A DNA stretch of 64,000 nucleotides from Tetramitus jugosus (Eukaryota; Protista; Heterolobosea). A program made the position numbers and the translations under genes. The stretch covers positions 62,001 to 126,000 of the forward strand of contig OW569362.1 in NCBI GenBank assembly GCA_937625935.1, in the 5' to 3' direction. Positions within the stretch are counted from its first letter, which is position 1. The number at the start of each line of letters is the position of its first letter. Positions 30,178 to 41,593 of this stretch are shown in pieces. The notes under the pieces were generated by a model, which was given only the letters and a program-made list of their open reading frames with translations, was not told the origin of the DNA and did not search any database.

Positions 30178-32655
30178 CTAAACTGGAGTCTTCTTCAAAT
30201 ACTTCTTCCATGATCGCTGTTTGTGGTCCATACGGAAGTAGATTTGATGAATCTCTTGATTCTTTACCTCTTCGTGGATCAGAACATGTTCCACCAGTTG
30301 ACTCTCATTTAGCGTGGATGGATCTGTTCGACCACACAAAAAATTTGAGACCTGCTGTCGTACGTGCTCAGTTACTCGATTGGAATGCTCGAGTACACTG
30401 TTCAATTGAGCAGCTTGTTGCTCTTCGATTGATGGTGTTCGAGGTGGAGTTTGGACCATTGGTTGTTGATCTGCTGGTGACATTTGTTGGGGCACAAAGG
30501 AGTAAGGTTGTTGAGTAGCCTTGTTGTTGTTGTTGGCAGGCATTTGGAACTGACCAAACATGGAGAAGGCGGATTGTGTTCCAAAAGGAGCAAATGATTG
30601 CTGTGGATTCGAAGAGACTGGAAGTGATGAGAAGGCTGGTTGTCCCGTGCCGCTAGTAGGTTTGGAGTTGTTATTTTGAATGATTCCAAACGGATTCAAC
30701 ATTGGAGGACTGAATCCAAATGCTGGGGGTGTAGAGGCACTCGTTGGGGAGGTTGTTGAAATGATGGCTGCAGCAGGTTGCTGGCCGACATTGCTCTGCT
30801 GCTGCGATTGGCCAAGTGGTGGGCTAGGTGCTCTATTGGTCGGTGCTTTGCTGGAAGTTGCCTTCTTCTGACGCTTCTTCTCCTGTTGCTCTGCCTCCTT
30901 TTCTTCCTTCTTTCTCTTTCGCTCTAATTTCTTCTTCTCTTGTTCATCAGCCTTCTTCTTTTTGTCTTCTTCCTTCTTCTTTTGTTTCTCCTTCTTCTCA
31001 GCAGCCCTCTTCTCTTTGGCCTCTGCTCTCTCCTTCTTTCTTCTCTCCTTTTCGGGATCAGGGAGCGACGAGCGACCAGGACCTCTCTTCTTTGTCTCCG
31101 TGGGATTCATAAATGACATGAGCTCAGAATCATCTAGCTGCTTCAACTCTCTAGTCTCATGAACAACTGTAGGTATACGCAAATTTGGTGGCAGTGCCGA
31201 TGATGGAGTATTGGGTCCCTTTGGCCGATCCCTGTTGAACATGGGAGTTGATGGACCCGATTTGGCAGACAGAGGTGTCATTGGTTGACTGGATCTTCCA
31301 GCATTCATCTGAGGTGTTCCGGGAGTTTGATGAGGCATTGAACCAGTTGATACCTGAGGTGGTCGATGAGAACTGCCGCCTGTGTTCAAAGGATTAAAGT
31401 TTGGCCTCTTTTGTTGTTGAGATGTTGGCGTGGTCGCTGCATGTGAATGCTCGCGTGCCATTGGCGGCCTGTCTGATCCGAGTGGCGCCGTCATCATTTT
31501 GGTGGACGGTGGCACATGTGCACCGTGTGGTCCCGGTGAACCCAATGCCGATGCAGTCGCAGCAAAAGTAGCTGGACCCGAAACCACACTACTCCGACCC
31601 ATCGACGATGATGTCATTGGAGATGACAGAGGAGCAGAGGAAGGTGACAGAGACGACGATACACCATGAGAAGAAACAGCAGAAGTAGATGCAACAGAGG
31701 ATAAATGCTGGTGGTGTTGTTGTTGTTGTGCAAATGATGGATGATGATGGTGATCCATTACTCCTCCATGATGCTGTTGTTGATCCTTGCCAGACAATAA
31801 CACAATGGGTTGCAACAGTGCATCTCTGTGTGCTTGTTTCGATAGCTTCAATCGAAAATGAGCATGGGATTGAACATTGTTTGTCCAACGATCGTTTTGT
31901 GCTTCAACAGAAGGCATAGTGATCCGTATGGCCGACTTTTGATCCTCCTTGTTATTCTCGTATTGAAGATATTTGGTGTACAGTGGTTGAATGAACGAAT
32001 GTGGTTGTTGTTGCTGTTGTTCATGATCGCTTTTTGTTATATTACATAGTACTTGATTGAAATGATCAATTGTTTTCTTCATTGCATTGCTATTGTCACT
32101 CTTATTCGTATCATCATCATTAGTAGTAGTAGTAGTAGTCGTTGTACTATTGTCAGTGATTTGATTGAGAGATTGCAAATCATAATTGAGAACACATTGT
32201 TCAGGATAGGGTCTCAGTATGTGACTCATGACCTTGACCCATGGATCATGATGATGACCCAAATCACTGCAACACTCTTCAAACAATTGTGAGAAACAAG
32301 GAGAGAGATCACTGAGTTGTTTCTTCTTGAGTGAGAGAACACTGATCAATAGCTTTAGCTTTACATTGGTTTCGAGTTGATTGAATACTTGGAATGTTGG
32401 TTTACTCATGTCCATGTTTTCTGATGTTGGTGGTTGTGATTGACCAATGATTTGATTCATCGAGTCCAATTGGAGCTGAGAAGCAAATTTTTCAGCGCTC
32501 CACTCTGTGTTGAGACGATTGGAGATCCATAGAGAAAGCTCTTGTTGACTGTTGATCGTCGTGGATGATGTGATCGCTGTTGATGCATGTAAGCTTCCCA
32601 ATGACTGCTGCAGTGGATCATGTTGTGCTGCTGCGGCCGTTGGTGGGTCATTCAT
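30178..32655 (-). CDS. NELFA: Negative elongation factor A homolog
   Basis: N-terminal LWISNRL..W..ASQL, VKLKLLISVLSL, DPWVKVMSHIL..YP and HFRLK, plus C-terminal SNRVT....V.NFLCG....FRMD....WKKYLK, all matching animal NELF-A blocks in order. Confidence 0.85.
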   Translation of the reverse strand: MNDPPTAAAAQHDPLQQSLGSLHASTAITSSTTINSQQELSLWISNRLNTEWSAEKFASQLQLDSMNQIIGQSQPPTSENMDMSKPTFQVFNQLETNVKLKLLISVLSLKKKQLSDLSPCFSQLFEECCSDLGHHHDPWVKVMSHILRPYPEQCVLNYDLQSLNQITDNSTTTTTTTTNDDDTNKSDNSNAMKKTIDHFNQVLCNITKSDHEQQQQQPHSFIQPLYTKYLQYENNKEDQKSAIRITMPSVEAQNDRWTNNVQSHAHFRLKLSKQAHRDALLQPIVLLSGKDQQQHHGGVMDHHHHPSFAQQQQHHQHLSSVASTSAVSSHGVSSSLSPSSAPLSSPMTSSSMGRSSVVSGPATFAATASALGSPGPHGAHVPPSTKMMTAPLGSDRPPMAREHSHAATTPTSQQQKRPNFNPLNTGGSSHRPPQVSTGSMPHQTPGTPQMNAGRSSQPMTPLSAKSGPSTPMFNRDRPKGPNTPSSALPPNLRIPTVVHETRELKQLDDSELMSFMNPTETKKRGPGRSSLPDPEKERRKKERAEAKEKRAAEKKEKQKKKEEDKKKKADEQEKKKLERKRKKEEKEAEQQEKKRQKKATSSKAPTNRAPSPPLGQSQQQSNVGQQPAAAIISTTSPTSASTPPAFGFSPPMLNPFGIIQNNNSKPTSGTGQPAFSSLPVSSNPQQSFAPFGTQSAFSMFGQFQMPANNNNKATQQPYSFVPQQMSPADQQPMVQTPPRTPSIEEQQAAQLNSVLEHSNRVTEHVRQQVSNFLCGRTDPSTLNESQLVEHVLIHEEVKNQEIHQIYFRMDHKQRSWKKYLKKTPV

Positions 32656-32799
32656 CGTTTCTTGGCGCTCGTTTTTTTTCCGTTTGTTCGCGAATTTTTG
32701 CTTGTTGAAGTTCAACTAATTGCTAGAAACTTCAAAAATACAGACTCGGAAAATTGTCAAGTACCAAAATAAACACATCGAAGAGAAAGCTTTGGTTGC

Positions 32800-34624
32800 A
32801 TGAGAGACAAAGGGAGTGGTGTGGGGTCTGCTTCGAAAGAAAAAGACATTACGAGCAGAGCAGAGAAAATGATCCGTGAAGGCAACGGAAACACCGCCAG
32901 GATCAGTCAACAAGTTGGTCAAGAGGGCAATCGAACAACGACGTCGTCCAATAACAACAATACTTTAACTCTTATTAAAGTCAAGCTCTACATGTCTAAA
33001 TCGCCCAATATGAAAGCTATTCCCATTCAGACCACACTGGACAACTCAATTCATCTGATGCGCAAGTTTAGAACTCTGGAACAAATTGTCGTGCGAAACT
33101 CCATGTTATCCGATGCAAATTTGTTGTTGCCTCTGCTTGATTCTGTTCAGTGCTCTCAGATTGTTCAATTGCATTTGGTGGCTGCTGATTTGTCTCAATT
33201 TCCTTCCCAGTTGGTCTCTCGTCTAGGTGAACTCACATACTTGAACTTGAGTAATAATGCAATTGCAGAGATTCCGGATCATATTGATCAAGTGATTGTG
33301 AGCAGGAAATTAACGTCTCTTGATTTGTCATGCAATCGATTGACCACACTGCCAGGATCACTCAGCATTTTGTTCGATCGGGGGCTCCAGAATTTGGATG
33401 TCCAAGAGAATTTTATTGAATTGGATCAGATTCATGACAGTTTGAAGCAACACAGTCAAGGAATTCGAAAAAAGTGGCACAACCAGCACGTAGCCCAACA
33501 AGTCATTGACCGTGTGTATTTGGGATCGATTCATGCAGCAAAGAATAGACAATTTCTATCTGAGAAAGATATCACTCATATATTGTCAGTCAATCATATG
33601 AATCCGCCATATCCGAACGAGTTCAAGTACAAGGTCGTGCGTGAATACGATCAACCAACCTCCAATTTATTGCAACACCTCGAAGATTGCTTCTCGTTTA
33701 TTGATTCAGTTTTGGAGCAACCCAGAGGTTCTGTACTGATTCATTGCGCTGCAGGTCAGTCTCGATCCGCAACGGTATGTCTTTACTCATCCATGTCTGT
33801 GCGATAGTAACCTTTCTCTTGACACGCTCATTTCTATTGATTGTGAATGGATCTAGATTATAATCGCGTACGTCATGTACAAGATGCGAGTGTCATTCGA
33901 TGAGGCATATCAGATAGTGTTCCATAAGAGGTGCTGTATTGCTCCCAATCAAGGTTTCTTGAATCAACTTCGCTTGTTTTCAAATATTGGAATGCAATAC
34001 AGCGGAGAGACATATCAGAGTCACATTGATAAAACGATTGTTGACTCTGTCGGGTGCTCGAACCTGAATTTGCAATATTATCGTCTTCAAGAAATTCCCT
34101 CATCAGTGTGCATTCATCAGTGGAAAAACATTAATCTATCGTACAATAACTTGGCGAATATTGAGACCTTGGTATCATGCTCTACAGAGCTGTTGGACCT
34201 GAATTTGGCTCATAACTTGTTAACTCACCTGCCAGACAATGTAATTACATGCTTCCACAAGCTGCAAACACTGGATATCAGCTTCAACAGTATTAGAGAG
34301 ATTCCCATTGACTTCTTCCAGTGTACTCCCTCTCTCAAACACTTTAACGCATCTCATAATCAGATCGGAAACATACCGGAAGAGATTGGAGAATGGAGTG
34401 ATCATATCGAAGTTTTAGACATGTCATTCAACCATCTGACAAGTCTACCCAGCAGTACAACTTCACTGCTGGCGCTACGAATGTTCATCCTAAAGAATAA
34501 CTGTTTTGTACAGGAGCCATCTGTTTTGCATGAATTAAGAAGAAGTGCAAAGCAAGACCAATTATCAATTCAATTCCTTGCTACCTCACAGACGAATACA
34601 GAGGATTCAACAATAAACCCGTAG
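32800..34624 (+). CDS. LRR - dual-specificity phosphatase - LRR protein, 2 exons (intron 33775-33856)
   Basis: Catalytic loop HCAAGQSRSAT|IIIAYVM and IAPNQGFLNQL, with LxxLxLSxN repeats on both sides. The true start may be downstream of 32800. Confidence 0.9.
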
Positions 34625-34791
34625 TCATCCCGCAAGATAGTGTTACTCCGAGACTGCGCGATACCCTCGCTGGGTTTCTGGTGCGGAGCTCAACAAACTT
34701 GTGTGGAAGGCTTACAGATTCCCGTGCATTCAAAGAAGATATCTGATCGTTCTACCAACTCAATCGAAACATAACACTGATAATAGAGGGT

Positions 34792-35808
34792 ATGACAACG
34801 AGATTGATCGATTTGCATCGACAGGAAGTCACTCCTCCACACGCTAGAGATATATTCTCCCACATTGTAGCTCTAATAGTATCGCTATTGATTGTTTCTA
34901 GCTCTACGTTAATAGTGAACGCATCTCCCTCTCCCAATCTAGTTGGTGCAACATTCAACACCATTCATGGGACACCAAACTCTTCAAATAATTCAATCGT
35001 TCTAATTGATACCAGAAATTTGAATGTCATAGTGGATAGGCTAACGATAGATACATTTCAGTATGGAGGATCAGTTGTCGATATTGGTCGAAGACTGTTC
35101 TACATCAAAAGAAACGACATCTTACAGGAGATTGATCTGAGTAGTAAACCAATGAGGATGAACCGGAATATAGTGCTCGAATACGAACCTTTTGAACTTC
35201 AATTTCATCAGAAGCGGAAGAAACTCTATGCACTGTTTCAAGCTGAGAGTCAATTCGTTGGAGAGATAGATACGAACAAGGGAACGATTCATAAGATGAT
35301 TGCAGTACCGCGAAATCGCCATATCATTCGAGGTGGATGCACCTTTGATTCAAGAAACGGTAGAATGTATATCCAGAGTAGAGATATAGTGAGTGGTATT
35401 GTAGAGATAGCATCCTATGATATGGGCAACTTGGAAGAGGGCTCGAGACATTCTGTTTACCTCAAAGAGCCAATTCATCAACTTCAATACAGTCCAAAGA
35501 CGGATACCCTTTATGGTATCATGAATGAAACACTGTATTGTGTGTCTGTCATGGGTGATCGAGTCACTCCCTTAGTTACACTTCCCCAATTCAAGAATCT
35601 TAACTTTGGAACATTTAACATCATATTCGGTGTATACTATTGTCAAATTGAATCTCAAGACAAAAAGAGCTTCAACATAGCCATAGATGTCCACGAGAAG
35701 AGGATCATTTCTCAAGATCGATCATTCAACTCGTACCTTTGGATGAACTACTTGCCTCAACAATCCCAGTACCGACACTACTTTTCTCTCCTATCCATGA
35801 GAAACTAA
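34792..35808 (+). CDS. Secreted or membrane-anchored beta-propeller-like hypothetical protein
   Basis: N-terminal hydrophobic segment and ~45-aa beta-rich repeats (FDSRNGRMYI, YSPKTDTLYG, FHQKRKKLYA). Confidence 0.7.
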   Translation: MTTRLIDLHRQEVTPPHARDIFSHIVALIVSLLIVSSSTLIVNASPSPNLVGATFNTIHGTPNSSNNSIVLIDTRNLNVIVDRLTIDTFQYGGSVVDIGRRLFYIKRNDILQEIDLSSKPMRMNRNIVLEYEPFELQFHQKRKKLYALFQAESQFVGEIDTNKGTIHKMIAVPRNRHIIRGGCTFDSRNGRMYIQSRDIVSGIVEIASYDMGNLEEGSRHSVYLKEPIHQLQYSPKTDTLYGIMNETLYCVSVMGDRVTPLVTLPQFKNLNFGTFNIIFGVYYCQIESQDKKSFNIAIDVHEKRIISQDRSFNSYLWMNYLPQQSQYRHYFSLLSMRN

Positions 35809-35941
35809 AATCTCTACACTCAAGCTTCACAAACAGCCAACTCTTCTCATCATTCCTCTGCACCAACCTGAACAACTTCTTCTTGACGAACTCGGACATG
35901 ATTTTTCCCAAACAAAAAAACAAGACTTCAAAGTTAAAATC

Positions 35942-37660
35942 ATGATTGTTTCTGCCTGTGATCCATTTGAGAAATTACCATCCGACATTTATCATGTCAT
36001 CTTCCAATTCCTCTCCATTCAAGACGTTGTTTATTGCATGTCTCAAGTCAGTCGTCTCTGGTTGACCATTTGCTCAAACTCCGCCTACCTGAAAAGTGAT
36101 TGTTCTGGTAGCTTGAGGATCCAAATCACTCGAGGCGGTTCGAACAGTGCCACTGCTGTCGTGTCTCAAGATGCTCTGTTCTACAGAGATGGTATCAGTG
36201 ATGAGCTATTGAATTGTATCAGTCGTTTGTTTCCCCAGGAGACACATTTGGACATTAATCATGAGATGATACGCGTGCCAGAGAGACCAGAAGTTCTCTC
36301 GTGTCCTGAGCTCAAGAACCACGAGTTTTACACTCCTCCCTCTGAATTTCAGTTCCTGTTCGATTTGGACAGACAGGGAGAACAGGAGTTTGAATGGAAG
36401 GGTTTGTTGTCCATTGCTCACGGAATGAGACAGTTACAAAAGCTTTGCATTCGCTCCGCAAGTGTAACCAATAGCATGATTGCTGCGCTCTCACAGTTGA
36501 ATCCAGATACTCTTCAAGAGTTACACTTTGATTCAAGGTTTATTGAACAAGACAGACACAGTGTTGTTACCTTTCCACATTTGATAAAGGCCACGGTTCC
36601 TAGTGGTAGGAGCATCTTCTTCAATGCTCCGAATCTCAAGAGCCTAACTATAGGTGGTTGTCCGTGTACCAATCTCGAAGCGTTTCCCATGCTCGAAGAA
36701 CTGGTATCATATGACGCTTCCTCTGATATTCAGATCACAACACTCCGAAAGCTTAGATTCATGCGAGGATGCAATCTAATGAGTATTAATCGAATTGTTG
36801 AAACGAATCCCAATTTAGAGGTGTTGCAGATCATTAATGACAATTTGAACTATCAATCACTCGGAAAGGTGTTGTTCGATGGATGTAGTTCTACTCATTT
36901 GAAGCATCTGAAAGTCTCATGTCAGAATATCACTAGATTCGTTCTTAGAGCAATCGCTGATGCATTCCCCAACTTGTCCTCTCTGTTCCTCTCTTGTTGC
37001 ACAGATTTAGAGGATAGTGATATCATTTATTTAGTGAGCAAGTGCAAGAACTTGACACACTTAGAACTTCCATTCTGTAATGTTGTCACAGATATCTCAC
37101 TGACTCACATTGCTCATCATTGTGGCAAACTGAGAACACTGCACGTATTTGCAAAGCATATCACACCTTATGGCATCCCAAAGTTACACTTGCTCGAAGA
37201 ACTAAAGAATTTGATTTTGATGGGCAATAGTGACAGTGTGGCTCATGCAGCTTTGGAACTCAGGCAAAAGGGAGTGAACGTGCATTGCAGAATGACAAAC
37301 AACAAGAGAGAAATACCCAAGAAAAAACAATTTGTTTGCACTCACTGTCAAACACTCTTCACGGGACAAGAGTTTAGGGAGCATTTGAAGACTCACGAAG
37401 AAGTGACAAGAGATTTCGTTGGGACAGAGAAAAACAGTATCAAGTGCATCCTTCCTGAATGCACTTGGATCAAGCCAGGAATCCCATACTCCACCAAGGA
37501 CCAGAGTCACAAGGACATTCTCATCAAGCATTTGCATCAATGCAAATACAATATCATCAAGTGCCCCGGCTGTCAAGAATTCATGCCCTACAGTGAGTTG
37601 TCCACCCATATCGAGGTATGCACAACAAAAAAAGTCAAGGTGATGGTCGGAGATTTTTGA
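35942..37660 (+). CDS. F-box/LRR protein with C-terminal zinc fingers
   Basis: F-box LPSDIYHVIFQFL..VSRLW, Cys-containing LRRs (CKNLTHLELPFCNVVTD), CTHC..HLKTH and CPGC..HIEVC fingers. Confidence 0.88.
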   Translation: MIVSACDPFEKLPSDIYHVIFQFLSIQDVVYCMSQVSRLWLTICSNSAYLKSDCSGSLRIQITRGGSNSATAVVSQDALFYRDGISDELLNCISRLFPQETHLDINHEMIRVPERPEVLSCPELKNHEFYTPPSEFQFLFDLDRQGEQEFEWKGLLSIAHGMRQLQKLCIRSASVTNSMIAALSQLNPDTLQELHFDSRFIEQDRHSVVTFPHLIKATVPSGRSIFFNAPNLKSLTIGGCPCTNLEAFPMLEELVSYDASSDIQITTLRKLRFMRGCNLMSINRIVETNPNLEVLQIINDNLNYQSLGKVLFDGCSSTHLKHLKVSCQNITRFVLRAIADAFPNLSSLFLSCCTDLEDSDIIYLVSKCKNLTHLELPFCNVVTDISLTHIAHHCGKLRTLHVFAKHITPYGIPKLHLLEELKNLILMGNSDSVAHAALELRQKGVNVHCRMTNNKREIPKKKQFVCTHCQTLFTGQEFREHLKTHEEVTRDFVGTEKNSIKCILPECTWIKPGIPYSTKDQSHKDILIKHLHQCKYNIIKCPGCQEFMPYSELSTHIEVCTTKKVKVMVGDF

Positions 37661-37782
37661 AGACAACTGACGTGACGTCGTTGACGGAAGCAAACTGAAA
37701 ATTCTTTGCGGGAGGACAAAGACACAAAAAATCAACAACGAACTTTAACGAACTCTTGTACCATCAACATACATACAACATC

Positions 37783-37995
37783 ATGTCCTCCAAAATGAAC
37801 GATTTTATGCTTCAGCAACTTTTGGCTGAAAACCAGAGACTCAAGAGAGAACTCGAACTCTCAAAAGAAGCCATCAAAGTCTCCGAAGCATGCAAAACAC
37901 TGATTGATTATGTGAAGAACACTGAAGAGCCATTCGATAAGGCAAATTACACTGGTGATAACGAATTTATCAAGAAGCACGGAATTTGTAGATAA
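37783..37995 (+). CDS. Heterotrimeric G-protein gamma subunit
   Basis: LLAENQRLKRELE...KVSEACKTLIDYV...EPF...GDNEF matches the GGL domain (compare Dictyostelium G-gamma). Ends HGICR-stop. Confidence 0.88.
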   Translation: MSSKMNDFMLQQLLAENQRLKRELELSKEAIKVSEACKTLIDYVKNTEEPFDKANYTGDNEFIKKHGICR

Positions 37996-38419
37996 GAACA
38001 ACAACAACAAACACATAACACACTCCCCCCGTGTATATATATACGATACTCTTCTCACACAATGTGCAACATCAAGCATCACCCTCATCAACATTCTTAT
38101 CGCGCCATCATCGTGTGTCGTTACGTGACGATAAATGAGAGTGACTGATGCTGTATATTGTGTGAAAACAGTAAATGTATGTATATATATCAAAAAACCC
38201 CCAACAAACAACAAAAAATTAGGTGCTTTTACTACAAGCATCACACACCTCTATGTGTGCACACAATGAGAAATAAACGTTCCCATCACATGTGCATCTA
38301 TCCATCTATCCAAGCGTTTCCTTTCCGCATCCCTCTTTTTCTTCTCCGAAGACAACAAACACGAAAATGGATCCAGTCACAATTTTGCTCTCATCAATTT
38401 CCTTCTCTTGTCATTGAGC

Positions 38420-40042
38420 TCAATCCTGTTGTGGTTTATTTTTATCGTTGTTGTTACTCTTGTGTTTGGAGTTGGCAATCATTTGCATCGTAGTGAGTGC
38501 AAATGCCGAGTGTCTAAACATTTGATGTGTGTTGGGGTTGTTGTGAGGTTGGTTGCTGAGAGCTCTCGTTTGACTTGACCTCCAAATCGTGTCCAACAAA
38601 AATTCATGATGCTTCTTACTCAACTGTTGCTCATAGTACTCCTTCTCTGTTTGAGTCTGTTTGAGCTTCAATTCCAACTGTTCCAATTGATTGGTCAGTG
38701 ATTGAACGGATTGATTGGCACTTTGAAGCTCTAATTGTAATTGTTTTGCCTTCAATTGGAAACTAGTGCTCTGTTGAGTCAACTGTTTCACTGTTGCATC
38801 ACTCGACTCGCAACTCTTCTTTGATTGAGCCAATTGCTTCTCATATTGCTTCTTTTGTTCGTCCAATTGCTTCTTCCAATCTGTTTCCATTGTCTGTGAG
38901 GTCAATTGTTGCTGTCCCAATTGTTGTTTGAGTGCGTTCAACTCATTGTTCGATTGATTGTAGCTTAATTTCCACTTTTCACACTCCTTGGTCAATTGTT
39001 GAATAGTTTCCTTGTTGGACTGCTCCTGTTGCTGTAGCTCTTGCTGCTCCTGTTGTTGTTCCTGTTGTCTCACCTGTTTCAATTGATCATTGTCTGATTG
39101 GAGCTGTTTGATTTGATCATTGAGTGCATCAACAGTCTTCTTTTGCTTTTGCTTTGACTGTTTCTTCTGTTTCTCATGTTGCTGTTCCATTGTTTTTGCT
39201 TGCTTCTTCCATTCGTCTTCCTTTTGTTGAATGGACAAGTCTCTTTGACTCAATTGCTCTTGAAGCTCTTTGATTTGTTGTTCTAGGTGTTGAGTCTTGG
39301 TATCATTGTCCTTGTTGTTCGTTGTGGGAGCAGTAGTGGTGGTAGTAGTAGTAGTAGTGACATTGGCTGTTTGCTCATTTGGTTGTTGCTGATTTGGTTT
39401 ACTCTGCTGCTTTGGTTGTTGTTGCTTGTTGGATCGCTTTGGTTCAGATGGTTGTTGTGGTTGCTGTTGTAGCTGTGATGATGAAGCCGTTGTTGTTGTT
39501 GTTGTTGGTTGCTCGTTGTTTACTTGTTGCTTTGGTTCATGAGGCGAAGCTTTAATGGTGTCAGTGGATGATGGTGCTTCTGGATGAGCCGTCTGTGCCG
39601 TTTCGTTGCTGCTTTTGGTGGTTTGTGATCTAGGGGAAGCAGAGCTAGGTCGACTGGAAGTTGTAGCCTTCTTCTTATTCTTTGATCTGATCACACAGAA
39701 AAACAAAAAACTGTAGTTAGCTTCTGAGATTTTGCGGCAGTGTAGTGTCTGTGGTCAAGCATGCCATTGTAATACAACACAAGACCGCCAATTTTTTTGT
39801 AAAGTGATTCGAGGCGAAAATACATACTTTTTGGCGGTTTTCACAGGAACGCCCAAAACACTTAAATTAGAAATGTCCAAGGTCACTGGTACAGAAGGAG
39901 GGAGATTTGTGCTGGTTTTCACATCAGTGGACGAAGAGTGATGACCATTGCGATTCTCACTCTCATCAAAATCATCAAAGTTGATCTGATGTGGCTTCAC
40001 GACTGTTGAAGTTTTTTTGATGGGATCGGTGGAGTGACTCAT
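38420..40042 (-). CDS. Q-rich coiled-coil hypothetical protein, 2 exons (intron 39687-39827)
   Basis: The GTATGT..CAG intron joins ORF 39755 to ORF 38420 in frame (VKTAKK|SKNKKK); long heptad region. Confidence 0.78.
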
Positions 40043-40481
40043 TGTCGTATGCAGCAGCTGAAGAAAAAAAAGTAGTGGGGATCAGGCAGGAAAGGTGGCA
40101 ATAGGTTGGTGTGGTCGACCGCTTATGTTTTCCTCGTGTGTTGTTTTGATTGCGAAAAACACTTGGGAGTAAAATTGGTTCGTTGTTTATTTTTAAAGTG
40201 GTGAAATTCCAAGGTCAAAACTTTGATGGGTTCATTGAAACAATAAGTGATTGGGTCAAACATGTTGGACAGGAATGCATCCGATATGACCAGAGCTCAC
40301 GCAGCAGGAGGTTGAGATGCGCTGTCCAAACAACAAGTCCTAACAAATGAGAAGATCAACCTCCAAAAAGCACCACCATTCGAAACTTCAAAAAATGATG
40401 CTGTTGTGAAAAAGCTTTTTTGTCATCTTGAAACAACAAACAAACAACTAACAACAAAGGGCAAGAAACAACAGCTGAAAA

Positions 40482-41408
40482 ATGAATTTTATTGATATTG
40501 GTGTGAATTTGACCGATGGCATGTACAATGGTGTCTATCATGGCAAGAAGCTACATGAGCCTGACTTGGATCTCGTGTTGAAGCGTGCAGCTGAAGCTTC
40601 AGTCAATCACTTGATTGTTACTGGAACAAGTTACTCTGATATAAAGGAAGCTATTGAAATGATCAAGAACAAGGAACAACAACAACAAGAGGTTAAGCTC
40701 TCATTGACCATTGGTATTCATCCAACGAGGTGCAATGAATTAAAAAAGGACAGTCAATTGATGGACAAATTGAGTCGACTCATTGAAGAGAATAGAGACA
40801 TGGTGGTTGCTGTGGGTGAGTGTGGACTGGACTATGATCGAACAAAGTTTTGTGCGATTGAGACACAGTTGAAAGGGTTCGAAGCTCAGTTCGTACTGTC
40901 TAAAAAGTTTAACTTGCCGCTGTTTTTGCACAATCGGGGCTCTGGTGAAGATTTTTATCAGATACTGGAGAGACATGTGGATGATTTCAATTGTGCAGTC
41001 GTTCACACGTATGATGACACATGGGAGTTGGCAGAAAAGTTGATAAAGTTGAAACCAAATGGCATGTTCTTTGGATTGAATGGTTGTTCCATGAAGAAGG
41101 AAGAAAACTTGCGAGTAATCGAGAAACTGCCAATGGAGTCAATTCTGCTGGAGACAGATGCTCCATGGTGTGACATTCGACCCACTCATGCTTCATACAA
41201 GTACTTGTCACAAGAAAGTTTGAACAAGATCAAGAATAATCAAAAAAAGAAGGAGAGATTCCAGAGTGGCTTCCAGGTCAAGTCCAGGAATGAGCCTTGC
41301 AACATTTCGTTTGTGTTGGATGTACTGTCAGGCCTGAAGAAGCTTCCACGCGAACAAGTGGCTCACCAAGTGTACCAGAACACTCTTAGATGGTTAAAGA
41401 ATTGTTAA
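40482..41408 (+). CDS. TATDN1: TatD-family DNase
   Basis: FIDIGVNLTD, IGIHPTRC, VGECGLDYDR, LFLHNR, ETDAPWC and RNEPC motifs. Confidence 0.95.
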   Translation: MNFIDIGVNLTDGMYNGVYHGKKLHEPDLDLVLKRAAEASVNHLIVTGTSYSDIKEAIEMIKNKEQQQQEVKLSLTIGIHPTRCNELKKDSQLMDKLSRLIEENRDMVVAVGECGLDYDRTKFCAIETQLKGFEAQFVLSKKFNLPLFLHNRGSGEDFYQILERHVDDFNCAVVHTYDDTWELAEKLIKLKPNGMFFGLNGCSMKKEENLRVIEKLPMESILLETDAPWCDIRPTHASYKYLSQESLNKIKNNQKKKERFQSGFQVKSRNEPCNISFVLDVLSGLKKLPREQVAHQVYQNTLRWLKNC

Positions 41409-41593
41409 CACTTCTTTCGAATACAACAATGACTTTCACTTTGACTTCTTGACGTTTTATTGTAGATGTCAAGTGAGTGGATGCCCAGACATTTTCGTCC
41501 TTTCGGAATTTTCCAGCTTGGATTCCCCCTTTGAACATCGCAATAATCGAGTTCAGTAGAAGCCACAAAAGTGTTATCCTGCTGTTGATCTAA

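Noticed and set aside
34646-34688. Small GC-rich hairpin after the LRR-DSP stop
   Set aside because: Stems are only 4-5 bp and no H/ACA or C/D boxes lie in proper positions.
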